A stretch of 64,000 nucleotides of DNA from Macrostomum lignano (lineage: Eukaryota). The stretch is from positions 248,001 through 312,000 of the forward strand of contig NIVC01001256.1 in the NCBI GenBank assembly GCA_002269645.1. Reading direction: 5' to 3'. The notes beneath the pieces were generated by a model that saw nothing but the letters and a program-made list of their open reading frames with translations, did no database searches and was not told the DNA's origin. The position numbers and the translations under genes were made by a program. Position 1 is the stretch's first letter. The number at the start of each line of letters is the position of its first letter. Positions 12,311-24,000 of the stretch are shown piece by piece.

Positions 12311-13090
12311 CAAAAATGTCAGCTTTCTGATGTTCCAAACTACGAGTAAAAATGTCAGATCTCTGGTGTCCTAACCCCAAAAAATGTCAGATCTCTGATG
12401 TCCTAACCCCAAAAAAATGTCAGATCTCTGATGTCCTAACCCAAAAATGTCAGATCTCTGATGTCCTAACCCCAAAAATGTCAGATCTCTGATGTCCTAA
12501 CCCCAAAAAATGTCAGATCTCTGATGTCCTATCCCAAAAATGTCAGATCTCTGATGTCCTAACCCTAAAAAATGTCAGATCTCTGATGTCTAACCCTAAA
12601 AAATGTCGGATCTCTGATGTCCTAACCCCAAAAAATGTCAGATCTCTGATGTCCTATCCCAAAAATGTCAGATCTCTGATGTCCTAACCCTAAAAAATGT
12701 CAGATCTCTGATGTCTAACCCTAAAAAATGTCGGATCTCTGATGTCCTAACCCCAAAAAATGTCAGATCTCTGATGTCCTATCCCAAAAATGTCAGATCT
12801 CTGATGTCCTAACCCTAAAAAATGTCAGATCTCTGATGTCTAACCCTAAAAAATGTCGGATCTCTGATGTCCTAACCCCAAAAAATGTCAGATCTCTGAT
12901 GTCCTATCCCAAAAATGTCAGATCTCTGATGTCCTAACCCTAAAAATGTCAGATCTCTGATGTCCTAACCCTAAAAATGTCAGAGCTCTGATGTCCTAAC
13001 CCTAAAAATGTCAGATCTCTGATGTCCTAACCCTAAAAATGTCAGATCTCTGATGTCCTAACCCCAAAAAATGTCAGATCCCTGATGTTC
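12311..13090. repeat. ~31-bp minisatellite with a 125-bp higher-order repeat
   Basis: Unit aaaaatgtcagatctctgatgtcctaaccc(c/t). The variant gtcgga recurs at 12607, 12732 and 12857 (period 125 = 4 monomers). Confidence 0.93.
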
Positions 13091-13814
13091 CACAATCCAA
13101 CAGGCTCACCGCAAATGTTTGTGCCTGAACTGTTTTACGGCGCCGCCGCTGTCAAGGAAATCAGAAAAATCCGCCCGCTCCCCGACCACGCGCGGTCAGA
13201 ACTCGCGGGCCGATAAAAGCCCCCGAGGTCACCGGCTGGCGGGCCGAATCGCCGGAGTTGTAAACGCCGCCGCCGCCGGTCGTAAACGCTGAAAATCTTC
13301 TCTCCGCTCTCCTTGCCGACTTCAGAGCTAGAAAACACGCTAGAAAATCACCTTCTGTCCTCCCGAAATCTATTGGAGAATTTTTAGAGCCCTTTGGCAG
13401 CCTGCCAGCGCATGCGAAGGGCGAGAAGGCGAGAGCGGAGTGACTAGGGAGGGGCGCGAGCCCCAGACAGTCACCATGAGGGGGGAGGGGGCTCGTAAAC
13501 CCGATGAGCTGAGATGGGATCGGGGATTTGGGGAAATTTTCCGGGGCAGCTAAGGCCAAGGACGGGATGGGGGAGTTAATGTCGACTTTATGGCCGGCGA
13601 GGGACCCGGGGGGACTGGGTGGAGTGGGGAGGCAGAGGGTGCTCTCAGCAGCTCCGGCTAGCATCCTAGGAGAGCACTATCTCCATGCTGAAGAGTACTA
13701 ACACGTTTGCATTACTGATTTGTCTAAATTTGTGCCATGGGAATTCGCCCTGCCGAGTTGTGTAGGAGCAGCCGCTGGACACTGATCCATCTCTTTACTC
13801 ATCCTTATTCTCCT

Positions 13815-14672
13815 GGTCTCTTAGCCTATACGAGTCTTCATTATCTTTGAGTCCTTATTATCTTTGAGTCCTTAGCCTATACGAGTCTTTATTATCTTTG
13901 AGTCCTTAGTCTATACGAGCCCTCATTATCTCCGAGTCCTTAGTCTCTATGAGTTCTCATTATCTCTGAGTCCTTAGTCTCTATGAGTCCTCATATCCCT
14001 GAGTCCTTAGTCTATACGAGTCCTCATTATCTTTGAGTCCTTAGCCTATACGAGTCTTCATTATCTCCGAGTCCTTAGTCTATACGAGCCCTCATTATCT
14101 CTGAGTCCTTAGTCTCTATGAGTTCTCATTATCTCTGAGTCCTTAGTCTCTATGAGTCCTCATATCCCTGAGTCCTTAGTCTATACGAGTCCTCATTATC
14201 TTTGAGTCCTTAGCCTATACGAGTCCTCATTATCTTTGAGTCCTTAGTCTATACGAGCCCTCATTATCTCTGAGTCCTTAGTCTCTATGAGTTCTCATTA
14301 TCTCTGAGTCCTTAATCTCTATGAGTTCTCATTATCTCTGAGTCCTTAGTCTATACGAGTCCTCATTATCTCTGAGTCCTTAGTCTCTATGAGTTCTCAT
14401 TATCTCTGAGTCCTTAGTCTCTATGAGTTCTCATTATCTCTGAGTCCTTAGTCTCTATGAGTCCTCATATCCCTGAGTCCTTAGTCTATACGAGTCCTCA
14501 TTATCTCTGAGTCCTTAGTCTATGCGAGTCCTCATTATCTCTGAGTCCTTAGTCTCTATGAGTTCTCATTATCTCTGAGTCCTTAGTCTATATGAGTTCT
14601 CATTATCTCTGAGTCCTTAGTCTATATGAGTTCTCATTATCTCCGAGTCCTTAGTCTCTATGAGTCCTCATA
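13815..14672. repeat. 34-bp minisatellite, ~25 copies
   Basis: Unit gagtcctcattatctctgagtccttagtctctat with interspersed variants. Confidence 0.95.
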
Positions 14673-16539
14673 ATCTCAAAATTTATTACAGACATTATAC
14701 TCATGCATTTGATGCCTCATAGGCACTTTAGTGCACTTTGACAAGAAGTCCTGCTGCCGCGACACTGACAGAGTGAAGAAATCGGCACATATTATTCGTC
14801 GAAGAGGACCCAGAAGATGAGAGATGAGGGGCCTCTCTAAGCTGGGAGGCTGGGCTTAATTTGGACCGCTACTGTCGTTGGGATAAATATGCAAAACAGC
14901 GGCGGTGGCGGCACTCCGAATTCACTTGGTGTGTCCCCCCCACTCTGGCAGCTGGGCGGCAGATTTCGGCTCCCTGGCAGAATTTCCCAACCGGCATCCC
15001 CCCCCCAGCCTGCCAGTTTTCTGTGCAAACCGCAAGGTCTCTTCTTCTCCTAGAAGATAAGGAGAGAGTGAGCAGCTATTCCGGAGAAGACAGCTGATGA
15101 GGCGCGGGTTGCTCTGTGGCTGCACACGGAGCTCTCTTCCCCCTATTTACTAACTATATCAGCTATAATTTTCCCACTTTTCGTGGAACTCCAATTCAGA
15201 AACTGGGGGTGGCCTAATCCATAGAGAGAAGCTCGAGCCACAGATTGCTGGCTGTAAATCAAGTGAAATACTTCTGTATGGGAAAAAAGAAAATAGAAGA
15301 CAGCTCAGCACCAGCCCGAATGGCTGACCGGCCGCTCTGCGGGAATTCCCGCATTTCAGTTGGCTGCCATGGCGATGCGGCTGGGGGTCAGGCGGGTCGC
15401 GCAGCGGAGCTGCCGGCCCAGATAGTCGGGCGCAGGCCCGGCAGCTGCGGTGGCTGCAGGACACGCCGAGCAGCTGGAAGCCGCAGACCCCCCCCCCCCC
15501 CTACAGTTGCAGTTTCGCTCACCTGGTCACGCAGCGAAGGTCGCCTGGATCTACAGTGACCGGCGGCGGCTGCAGAGTCTGGAGAATTTGATAGCGGAGC
15601 ATAAATCAGTGATGAGTCGCCAGTTCTTGCCGGGGGATCAAAGCTCGGGCTAGACCGGATTTAAAACCAGCATTCATTTTGGGATTCTTCAAGCAGCCGA
15701 AGTAATTCTTGAGCAACGGTTTTAATTTTGATCCCGACCACCAACTGACCTCCGGCTGACCCCTCTCGGCAGCCGAAGGAATCGCCTTGTGGCACCCAGG
15801 GGGGCAGTTTTTCCTCCACTGTTTTCCTCCTCATCCCGGGGCGCCTGTTGAAAGCCGAAAATTTCTCAGCACGGGAGAGGCCTGAGCTCGCCTTCCTTCT
15901 TCCCCAGCCTCCGCCCGCGGGTTCCCACGACTGGCAGCATTTTTGCCGGCATGAAAAATTCAGCACAAAATTAATCAAGGAAAATTGGGCCCGGGTGCCG
16001 GCCAGAAATATATCTGGCTGATGACGCACGGGAGGCTGGGCCCGCCGGCTGTTGGGTTGGCCGGCGACTTCGAATACGAAAATGCAAAAACTGGAGCTGC
16101 GCGAGACGGGAGGAGGCAGACTGGAGGATCCTCACGAATTGAACTCATTTTTGCGACCCGCTGTGCAGGCGTGAAAAGAACATTCGCCAGGGACTCGCAG
16201 GGAGCTGATGAAGGATGAGAGGCTGGATGGGACGCAGCTGCTTTCAGCTTGCAGTCTGGCGAGCTGAGGGGATTATCCGGTAAGTCGATACTCCCGACTG
16301 ATGAGGGAGGCTGCAAGCTCCACTCTGCAGCTCACTTTCTCTGCGACTCGAGCACCAGGCATGGCGCTCTGGGCTGCCCCCCCCCCGGTGCAGCTTCATG
16401 CATTGCACTGCAGATAACTTAATAACTGCGATGATGCGCCGGGAGGTCGGCTCGGAATTAATGTACGGGACGTGAAAGAATAGGAGAAACTGGCGATCAA
16501 GCTTAAGGTCATGGGATATGAGAGGAGCGCGAAAGAAAA

Positions 16540-16796
<257 letters not shown>

Positions 16797-17124
16797 TAAC
16801 AATGTTAGTAAATGTGCAACAGCTGCTGAGAAGAGGCAGTCGGAGACTTTACTCAAAAGTAAGAAGTTGGAAACGGATCACTTCCGCATCTCCATCTGGC
16901 AGCGCTGTCCAGTTTCTGGGATAAAATGATTATTCGAGTAGCGGCTCGAGTGGCAGTTTTCAGTTGCCAACCAGACAATATTTTGGATCTACTTGAAAAA
17001 AGATTAACTGGAATTCAGATGGTTTTTAACGAGTACAAAAGTCAGAGTTTCTGGTTGTGCCATGAAGTAGCGGAATGCGATGATGCTCAAAAATTGCAGT
17101 AAGTACAGACAGTCGAGGCATAGA

Positions 17125-17325
17125 GTGAGCGAGAGGTGTGAGGAGTGAGGTGGGTGGGGTGTGAGATGGGTGCAGAATGGGGTGGGTGGGGAGTGAGGTG
17201 GGTGAGGAGTGAGGTGGTTGCGGAGTGAGGTGGGTGCGGAGTGAGGTGGGTGCGGAGTGAGATGGGTGCGGAATGGGGTGGGTGGGGAGTACGGTTGGTG
17301 CAGGTTGAGGTGGGTGCGTGGTGAG
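17125..17325. repeat. degenerate G-rich repeat (ggagtgaggtgggtg-like)
   Basis: Imperfect tandem copies. Confidence 0.75.
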
Positions 17326-18164
17326 GTGTTCTGTATTTTCAAAGAAATTCTCAATAATTTCGCAGGCACTAAAACTTCTTCAGTTAAATAAAACCCGCAA
17401 ATTTTTGTTCCGTTTGATCACGCAGATCTTCGCTCCTTTGCAGTTGAATTACGTTGCGGAGATTTTGGAGGCGATTCCTCAGATCCGAATCGAATCCCTG
17501 GCTGAGCCCTGGGTGCCCAGCAACGCTCCTCAGTGAGTAATGACTTTGGCTGCCCAGTGCCCCACATCGCCTTTATTCGTCAAAAAGTCGCTTAAAGTGC
17601 AAATGAGCGGCTTTGGCGAGAGCGGATTCTGGCTGCGGTTTGCACTGTGCAGAGTTGGGCGGCCTCAGCCTGGGATGAGGCGTGGAGCAGCAAGCGATAC
17701 CAGACTCCAAGAAGTCATCGGCAGCGGCCAGCGCAAATATGGCGGGTCCGGGGTGGCTGCAGTTTATCATAAATCCTCGATCACAAATTGATTAATCGTG
17801 TTCGCATGTGACTTTTCCGCAAGTTTGGCACTTTTCTCTGTGGGAGCAGAGACATTCGGAATCGCACTTCCCTGCAGGTCGCTCACTCAGACACTGTGTC
17901 GGGCATTGCATTTCATTTTCTTCAATTTTTTGCATTCCTTTGGCTTGAAATTAGTTTTTTTGTAGTTGAAATTATACCAAATTTATACTTTCAGAGGTTA
18001 CAATTTTCTCTCAAAAAATTTCTGAATTCCTTAATTCCATATTTCCGAAAAAGTTTTATGCAAAAGTTTTAGGATAATAACGAAGTATGAGTGCTTCAAA
18101 TTCCGGACTGGAAACTGTGGTATTTAAAAAATGAATTTTTGTTAGCGCGATTCAACTCATGAGC

Positions 18165-18170
18165 TATAAA
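18165..18170 (+). promoter_or_regulatory. candidate TATA box of the CxxC/lectin-like gene
   Basis: TATAAA (gagctataaaggag) lies 521 nt upstream of the ATG at 18686, with only ~40 nt of unique sequence, a 13-bp array and ~37 nt between them. Motif only. Confidence 0.3.
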
Positions 18171-18204
18171 GGAGCAGTTGCTTCAGCCGGAAACCTGCCT
18201 AGAC

Positions 18205-18648
18205 AGAAGCTGCTCACAGAAATTACTCACAGAAGCTACTCACAGAAACTACTCACAGAAGCTACTCACAGAAGCTACTCACAGAAACTACTCACAGAAG
18301 CTACTCACAGAAGCTACTCATAGAAACTACTCACAGAAGCTACTCACAGAAACTACTCACAGAAGCTACTCACAGAAGCTACTCATAGAAACTACTCACA
18401 GAAACTACTCACAGAAGCTACTCACAGAAGCTACTCACAGAAGCTACTCACAGAAGCTACTCACAGAAGCTACTCACAGAAACTACTCACAGAAGCTACT
18501 CACAGAAGCTACTCACAGAAGCTACTCACAGAAACTACTCACAGAAGCTACTCACAGAAGCTACTCATAGAAACTACTCACAGAAACTACTCACAGAAGC
18601 TACTCACAGAAGCTACTCACAGAAGCTACTCACAGAAACTACTCACAA
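18205..18648. repeat. 13-bp minisatellite (cacagaagctact), ~34 copies
   Basis: Tandem units ending ~37 nt before the ATG at 18686. Confidence 0.95.
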
Positions 18649-18685
18649 TCACAGAAGCGACGGTACACGAGCTTAAACTCTCAGC

Positions 18686-19625
18686 ATGAATTTTTCTCTG
18701 CTAGTGGCTGCGGCTCTGCTGGCCGCCCTGACCGGGTCGTCGGCTGACCGGAACCTGCAGAGAGGCAAGCGGCAAGACCACAAAATGTGCCTGCCAGGCC
18801 ACCAGCTAAGCGAAGACTCGGACCGCATGTGCGAGCCCTGCAGCGCCGGCACCCATAGGGAAATAGCCGTGAATTCAAAGTGCCAGAAGTGCCCGCCAGG
18901 CTCATACAGCGGCGCCGGGGCCGCCGCCTGCTCCAAGTGCTGGCCGGGCAGCTTCGCCGCCAGCTCGGGCTCCGCGAGCTGCCAGAAGTGCGCCAAGGGC
19001 TCCATTGCTGCCACGGACGGCTTGTCGAGCTGCACGCCCTGCCCTGCCGGCAGCTTCGTCAGCTTCAGCGGCTCCCCAGCCTGCGTGAAGTGTCCCGCCG
19101 GCACCTCGAGCAAGGCCGGAGCAGAGGAGTGCAGCAAGTGCCAGCCGGGCCACTTCTCCCCAGCTGGAGCGGCCGCCTGCAGGCCGTGCCCAGCCGGCAG
19201 GGTCTCAGCTGCGGGAGCCTCCGCTTGCCACCGCTGCCCGGCCGGCAGCTTCTCAGTTGCGGGCGCCTCGGCTTGCCACCGCTGCCCGGCCGGCAAGTTC
19301 TCAGCTAGGGGCGCCTCGATTTGCACCCGCTGCCCTGCCGGCAGCTTCTCTGCTATGGGCGCCTCCGCTTGCACCCGCTGTCCGGCCGGCAGCTTCTCAG
19401 CTATGGGTGCCTCGGCTTGCACCCTCTGCCCGGCCGGCCAGTTCGCCTCCTCAGAAGGCAGCAAGCAGTGCAAGGCCTGCCCTCCGGGCACCTTCTCTGA
19501 CGCGGCGGGCGCGGCTGAGTGCCAAAAGTGCGACCGGGACTTCGCCCTGGCCATCAAGTCCGGCATGACTAAATGCGACCTTTGCCCCAACGGCGGCGCC
19601 GCCCTTCGGGACAACCGCTGCTACA
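18686..19625 (+). CDS. exon 1 of a secreted Cys-rich protein: signal peptide, RGKR site, 16 CxxC repeats (GCC2/GCC3, ephrin-receptor-like type)
   Basis: MNFSLLVAAALLAALTGSSA signal peptide, then ~17-aa repeats of the form CxxCPAGSFSAxGASA. GC3-rich coding. Donor TAC A|gtgagc at 19626; the ORF-track extension to 19720 is intron read-through. Confidence 0.9.
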
Positions 19626-19837
19626 GTGAGCTCCCGCCAGTTCCCTTATTTCTTCCTCAAGCTCATAAAACCTCGAAAAGTTTTAGCACTAGTTACCGCA
19701 AAACTATCGAGATTGTTTAATTTCTTTCATTTTATTTTCCTTCAATTTGGTAAGCCTAGACTGAACATAACGGAAGGTCGAAATAACATTTTTAAGCCTC
19801 TCTAGAACCTCACTCGACACCAAAACCGGCATTTCAG

Positions 19838-20265
19838 GAAAGCTGAAAGTCTCCTGCCGGGTGAGCTGGCCGGACTGCGAGCGCACAATCGACAATGACG
19901 TGTACTCCTACGGACAGGCGCTGCACAAGAAGTTCGCCAAGCCTTCGACTCCAGTGCATGAGACGTATTTTCACTACAAATTCGATGCTCCAGTGAACTT
20001 GAGGGGCTTCGCTGTCTGGGGCAAGTACGGATGCTGCTTAAAGAGCATCAGAAATTTCAAAATAGTTGCCAGCACTGAAGGGCAAACGCATTCCTGCTTC
20101 TTTGATGGAAAATATGATGTAGGCAAATTTGAGTTCAGCAACTATTCTGGTACTCATCGCAACTGCAAATACGACTCGGTCACGGATTTAAAAATTGAGC
20201 ACAGATACAATGATGCAGCCAATAAAATAATAACAATAGCTGAGGTGGCGTTCTATGCTTATTGA
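19838..20265 (+). CDS. exon 2: F-type lectin (fucolectin)/F5-8C-like beta-sandwich domain, C-terminal
   Basis: catttcag|GA AAG joins exon 1 in frame (A+GA=Arg), giving 455 aa in total. Motifs CERTIDND, YFHYKFDAPVNLRGFAVWGKYGCC and ITIAEVAFY parallel the FTLD pattern (RAVDGN, WxVDL, vicinal CC, LxLCEVEV). Confidence 0.78.
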
Positions 20266-20293
20266 CTCCGATTGGACTTGGAAAAAGATCGGA

Positions 20294-20299
20294 AATAAA
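20294..20299 (+). promoter_or_regulatory. polyadenylation signal AATAAA
   Basis: Lies 29 nt after the stop codon at 20265. Confidence 0.5.
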
Positions 20300-21049
20300 C
20301 CAGCGCGCCAGCTGCTTTGCTGAGAATCGAGTTTCAATTTTGCTCTGTTATTTGTCAGAAATGATCCTACGCGTATGTAGATTGAACAGTTCAAAACAGT
20401 TCTTCACCTCAATAAGCTGCAAAAAAAGTGTCGATATCATTAGTTATGGTTAAAGTGCACAGAGCGGCAAGATGACCTGGAAGCGGGCGGCCCGATAAAG
20501 CAGATAAAAAGCATACCCCCCCCCCCCGAGAACCAGCGGAAAGTGAGGAGAGATGAAGGCGGGTGGGAGGCTGAGCAGTGCATGCAACCAGGGCCCTGGC
20601 TGCCGGCTGGTATCAGTTTAGTAATGAATTATTGATCCACAATCAACAGACCGGTAGCCGGGCGGGCAAAGATTCGTCTCCTAGAAGAAGAAGACGAGAG
20701 CTGAGGGCAGGAGACGATGGGGGGCTCTGCCGCCTCTGCCCCCTGCCGCCGCCCTTTTAATTTTCGGGACTTAAAAGCGACCGCCGATCTTTTAGTCAAA
20801 CAGAAATGAGAAAAAGTCGAGCTGAAGAAGCAGAAACAGTGGGGAGGCCAGAGAAGGGAGCACCGCAGCTGATAAGCTGGCAGAAGATCCGCGCCAACAC
20901 TCCCTCAATGTGCCTCCCTTTTCTGCAGATTTTTGTCTTCTTCTCGATCTCCATTTCCCTCTGCGTTTTTTTCTTGCACTCTCCGATTCTTTGTCTCGCC
21001 TCTGCTTTTTCTCCTGGCCTTCGTCTTTGTTTCTGCACCTTCCTCGATT

Positions 21050-24000
21050 CTCTTCTCTCCCTTTCCTCTTTCCTCTCTTCTCTCCCTTTCCTCTTTCCTC
21101 TCTTCTCTCCCTTTCCTCTTGACTCTCTTCTCTCCCTTTCCTCTTGACTGTCTTCTCTCCCCTTACTCTTGACTCTCTTCTCTCCCTTTCCTCTTTACTC
21201 TCTTCTCTCCCCTTCCTCTTGACTCTCTTCTCTCCCTTTCCTCTTGACTCTCTTCTCTCCCTTTCCTCTTGACTCTCTTCTCTCCCTTTCCTCTTGACTG
21301 TCTTCTCTCCCTTTCCTCTTGACTCTCTTCTCTCCCTTTCCTCTTGACTCTCTTCTCTCCCTTTCCTCTTGACTCTCTTCTCTCCCTTTCCTCTTGACTC
21401 TCTTCTCTCCCTTTCCTCTTGACTCTCTTCTCTCCCTTTCCTCTTGACTCTCTTCTCTCCCTTTCCTCTTGACTCTCTTCTCTCCCTTTCCTCTTGACTC
21501 TCTTCTCTCCCTTTCCTCTTGACTCTCTTCTCTCCCTTTCCTCTTGACTCTCTTCTCTCCCTTTCCTCTTGACTCTCTTCTCTCCCTTTCCTCTTGACTC
21601 TCTTCTCTCCCTTTCCTCTTGACTCTCTTCTCTCCCCTTACTCTTGACTCTCTTCTCTCCCTTTCCTCTTGACTCTCTTCTCTCCCTTTCCTCTTTCCTC
21701 TCTTCTCTCCCTTTCCTCTTGACTCTCTTCTCTCCCTTTCCTCTTGACTCTCTTCTCTCCCTTTCCTCTTGACTCTCTTCTCTCCCTTTCCTCTTGACTG
21801 TCTTCTCTCCCCTTACTCTTTCCTCTCTTCTCTCCCTTTCCTCTTTCCTCTCTTCTCTCCCTTTCCTCTTGACTCTCTTCTCTCCCTTTCCTCTTGACTG
21901 TCTTCTCTCCCTTTCCTCTTGACTCTCTTCTCTCCCTTTCCTCTTGACTCTCTTCTCTCCCTTTCCTCTTTCCTCTCTTCTCTCCCTTTCCTCTTGACTC
22001 TCTTCTCTCCCCTTCCTCTTGACTCTCTTCTCTCCCTTTCCTCTTGACTCTCTTCTCTCCCTTTCCTCTTGACTCTCTTCTCTCCCCTTACTCTTGACTG
22101 TCTTCTCTCCCTTTCCTCTTGACTCTCTTCTCTCCCTTTCCTCTTGACTCTCTTCTCTCCCTTTCCTCTTGACTCTCTTCTCTCCCTTTCCTCTTGACTC
22201 TCTTCTCTCCCTTACTCTTGACTCTCTTCTCTCCCTTTCCTCTTGACTCTCTTCTCTCCCTTTCCTCTTGACTCTCTTCTCTCCCTTTCCTCTTGACTGT
22301 CTTCTCTCCCTTTCCTCTTGACTGTCTTCTCTCCCTTTCCTCTTGACTGTCTTCTCTCCCTTTCCTCTTGACTCTCTTCTCTCCCTTTCCTCTTGACTCT
22401 CTTCTCTCCCTTTCCTCTTGACTCTCTTCTCTCCCTTTCCTCTTGACTCTCTTCTCTCCCTTTCCTCTTGACTCTCTTCTCTCCCTTTCCTCTTGACTCT
22501 CTTCTCTCCCTTTCCTCTTGACTCTCTTCTCTCCCTTTCCTCTTGACTCTCTTCTCTCCCTTAACTCTTGACTCTCTTCTCTCCCCTTACTCTTGACTCT
22601 CTTCTCTCCCTTTCCTCTTTCCTCTCTTCTCTCCCTTTCCTCTTGACTCTCTTCTCTCCCTTTCCTCTTTCCTCTCTTCTCTCCCTTTCCTCTTGACTCT
22701 CTTCTCTCCCCTTACTCTTGACTCTCTTCTCTCCCTTTCCTCTTGACTCTCTTCTCTCCCTTTCCTCTTTCCTCTCTTCTCTCCCTTTCCTCTTGACTCT
22801 CTTCTCTCCCTTTCCTCTTTCCTCTCTTCTCTCCCTTTCCTCTTGACTCTCTTCTCTCCCTTTCCTCTTGACTGTCTTCTCTCCCCTTACTCTTGACTCT
22901 CTTCTCTCCCTTTCCTCTTTCCTCTCTTCTCTCCCTTTCCTCTTGACTCTCTTCTCTCCCTTTCCTCTTTCCTCTCTTCTCTCCCTTTCCTCTTGACTCT
23001 CTTCTCTCCCTTTCCTCTTGACTCTCTTCTCTCCCTTTCCTCTTGACTCTCTTCTCTCCCTTTCCTCTTGACTCTCTTCTCTCCCTTTCCTCTTGACTCT
23101 CTTCTCTCCCTTTCCTCTTGACTCTCTTCTCTCCCTTTCCTCTTGACTCTCTTCTCTCCCTTTCCTCTTGACTGTCTTCTCTCCCTTTCCTCTTGACTCT
23201 CTTCTCTCCCTTTCCTCTTGACTGTCTTCTCTCCCCTTACTCTTGACTCTCTTCTCTCCCTTTCCTCTTGACTCTCTTCTCTCCCTTTCCTCTTGACTGT
23301 CTTCTCTCCCTTTCCTCTTGACTCTCTTCTCTCCCTTTCCTCTTGACTCTCTTCTCTCCCTTTCCTCTTTCCTCTCTTCTCTCCCTTTCCTCTTGACTCT
23401 CTTCTCTCCCCTTCCTCTTGACTCTCTTCTCTCCCTTTCCTCTTGACTCTCTTCTCTCCCTTTCCTCTTGACTCTCTTCTCTCCCCTTACTCTTGACTGT
23501 CTTCTCTCCCTTTCCTCTTGACTCTCTTCTCTCCCTTTCCTCTTGACTCTCTTCTCTCCCTTTCCTCTTGACTCTCTTCTCTCCCTTTCCTCTTGACTCT
23601 CTTCTCTCCCTTACTCTTGACTCTCTTCTCTCCCTTTCCTCTTGACTCTCTTCTCTCCCTTTCCTCTTGACTCTCTTCTCTCCCTTTCCTCTTGACTGTC
23701 TTCTCTCCCTTTCCTCTTGACTGTCTTCTCTCCCTTTCCTCTTGACTGTCTTCTCTCCCTTTCCTCTTGACTCTCTTCTCTCCCTTTCCTCTTGACTCTC
23801 TTCTCTCCCTTTCCTCTTGACTCTCTTCTCTCCCTTTCCTCTTGACTCTCTTCTCTCCCTTTCCTCTTGACTCTCTTCTCTCCCTTTCCTCTTGACTCTC
23901 TTCTCTCCCTTTCCTCTTGACTCTCTTCTCTCCCTTTCCTCTTGACTCTCTTCTCTCCCTTTCCTCTTGACTCTCTTCTCTCCCCTTACTCTTGACTCTC

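Noticed and set aside
18673-19614. 313-aa minus-strand ORF
   Set aside because: Antisense shadow of the GC3-rich Cys-repeat exon.
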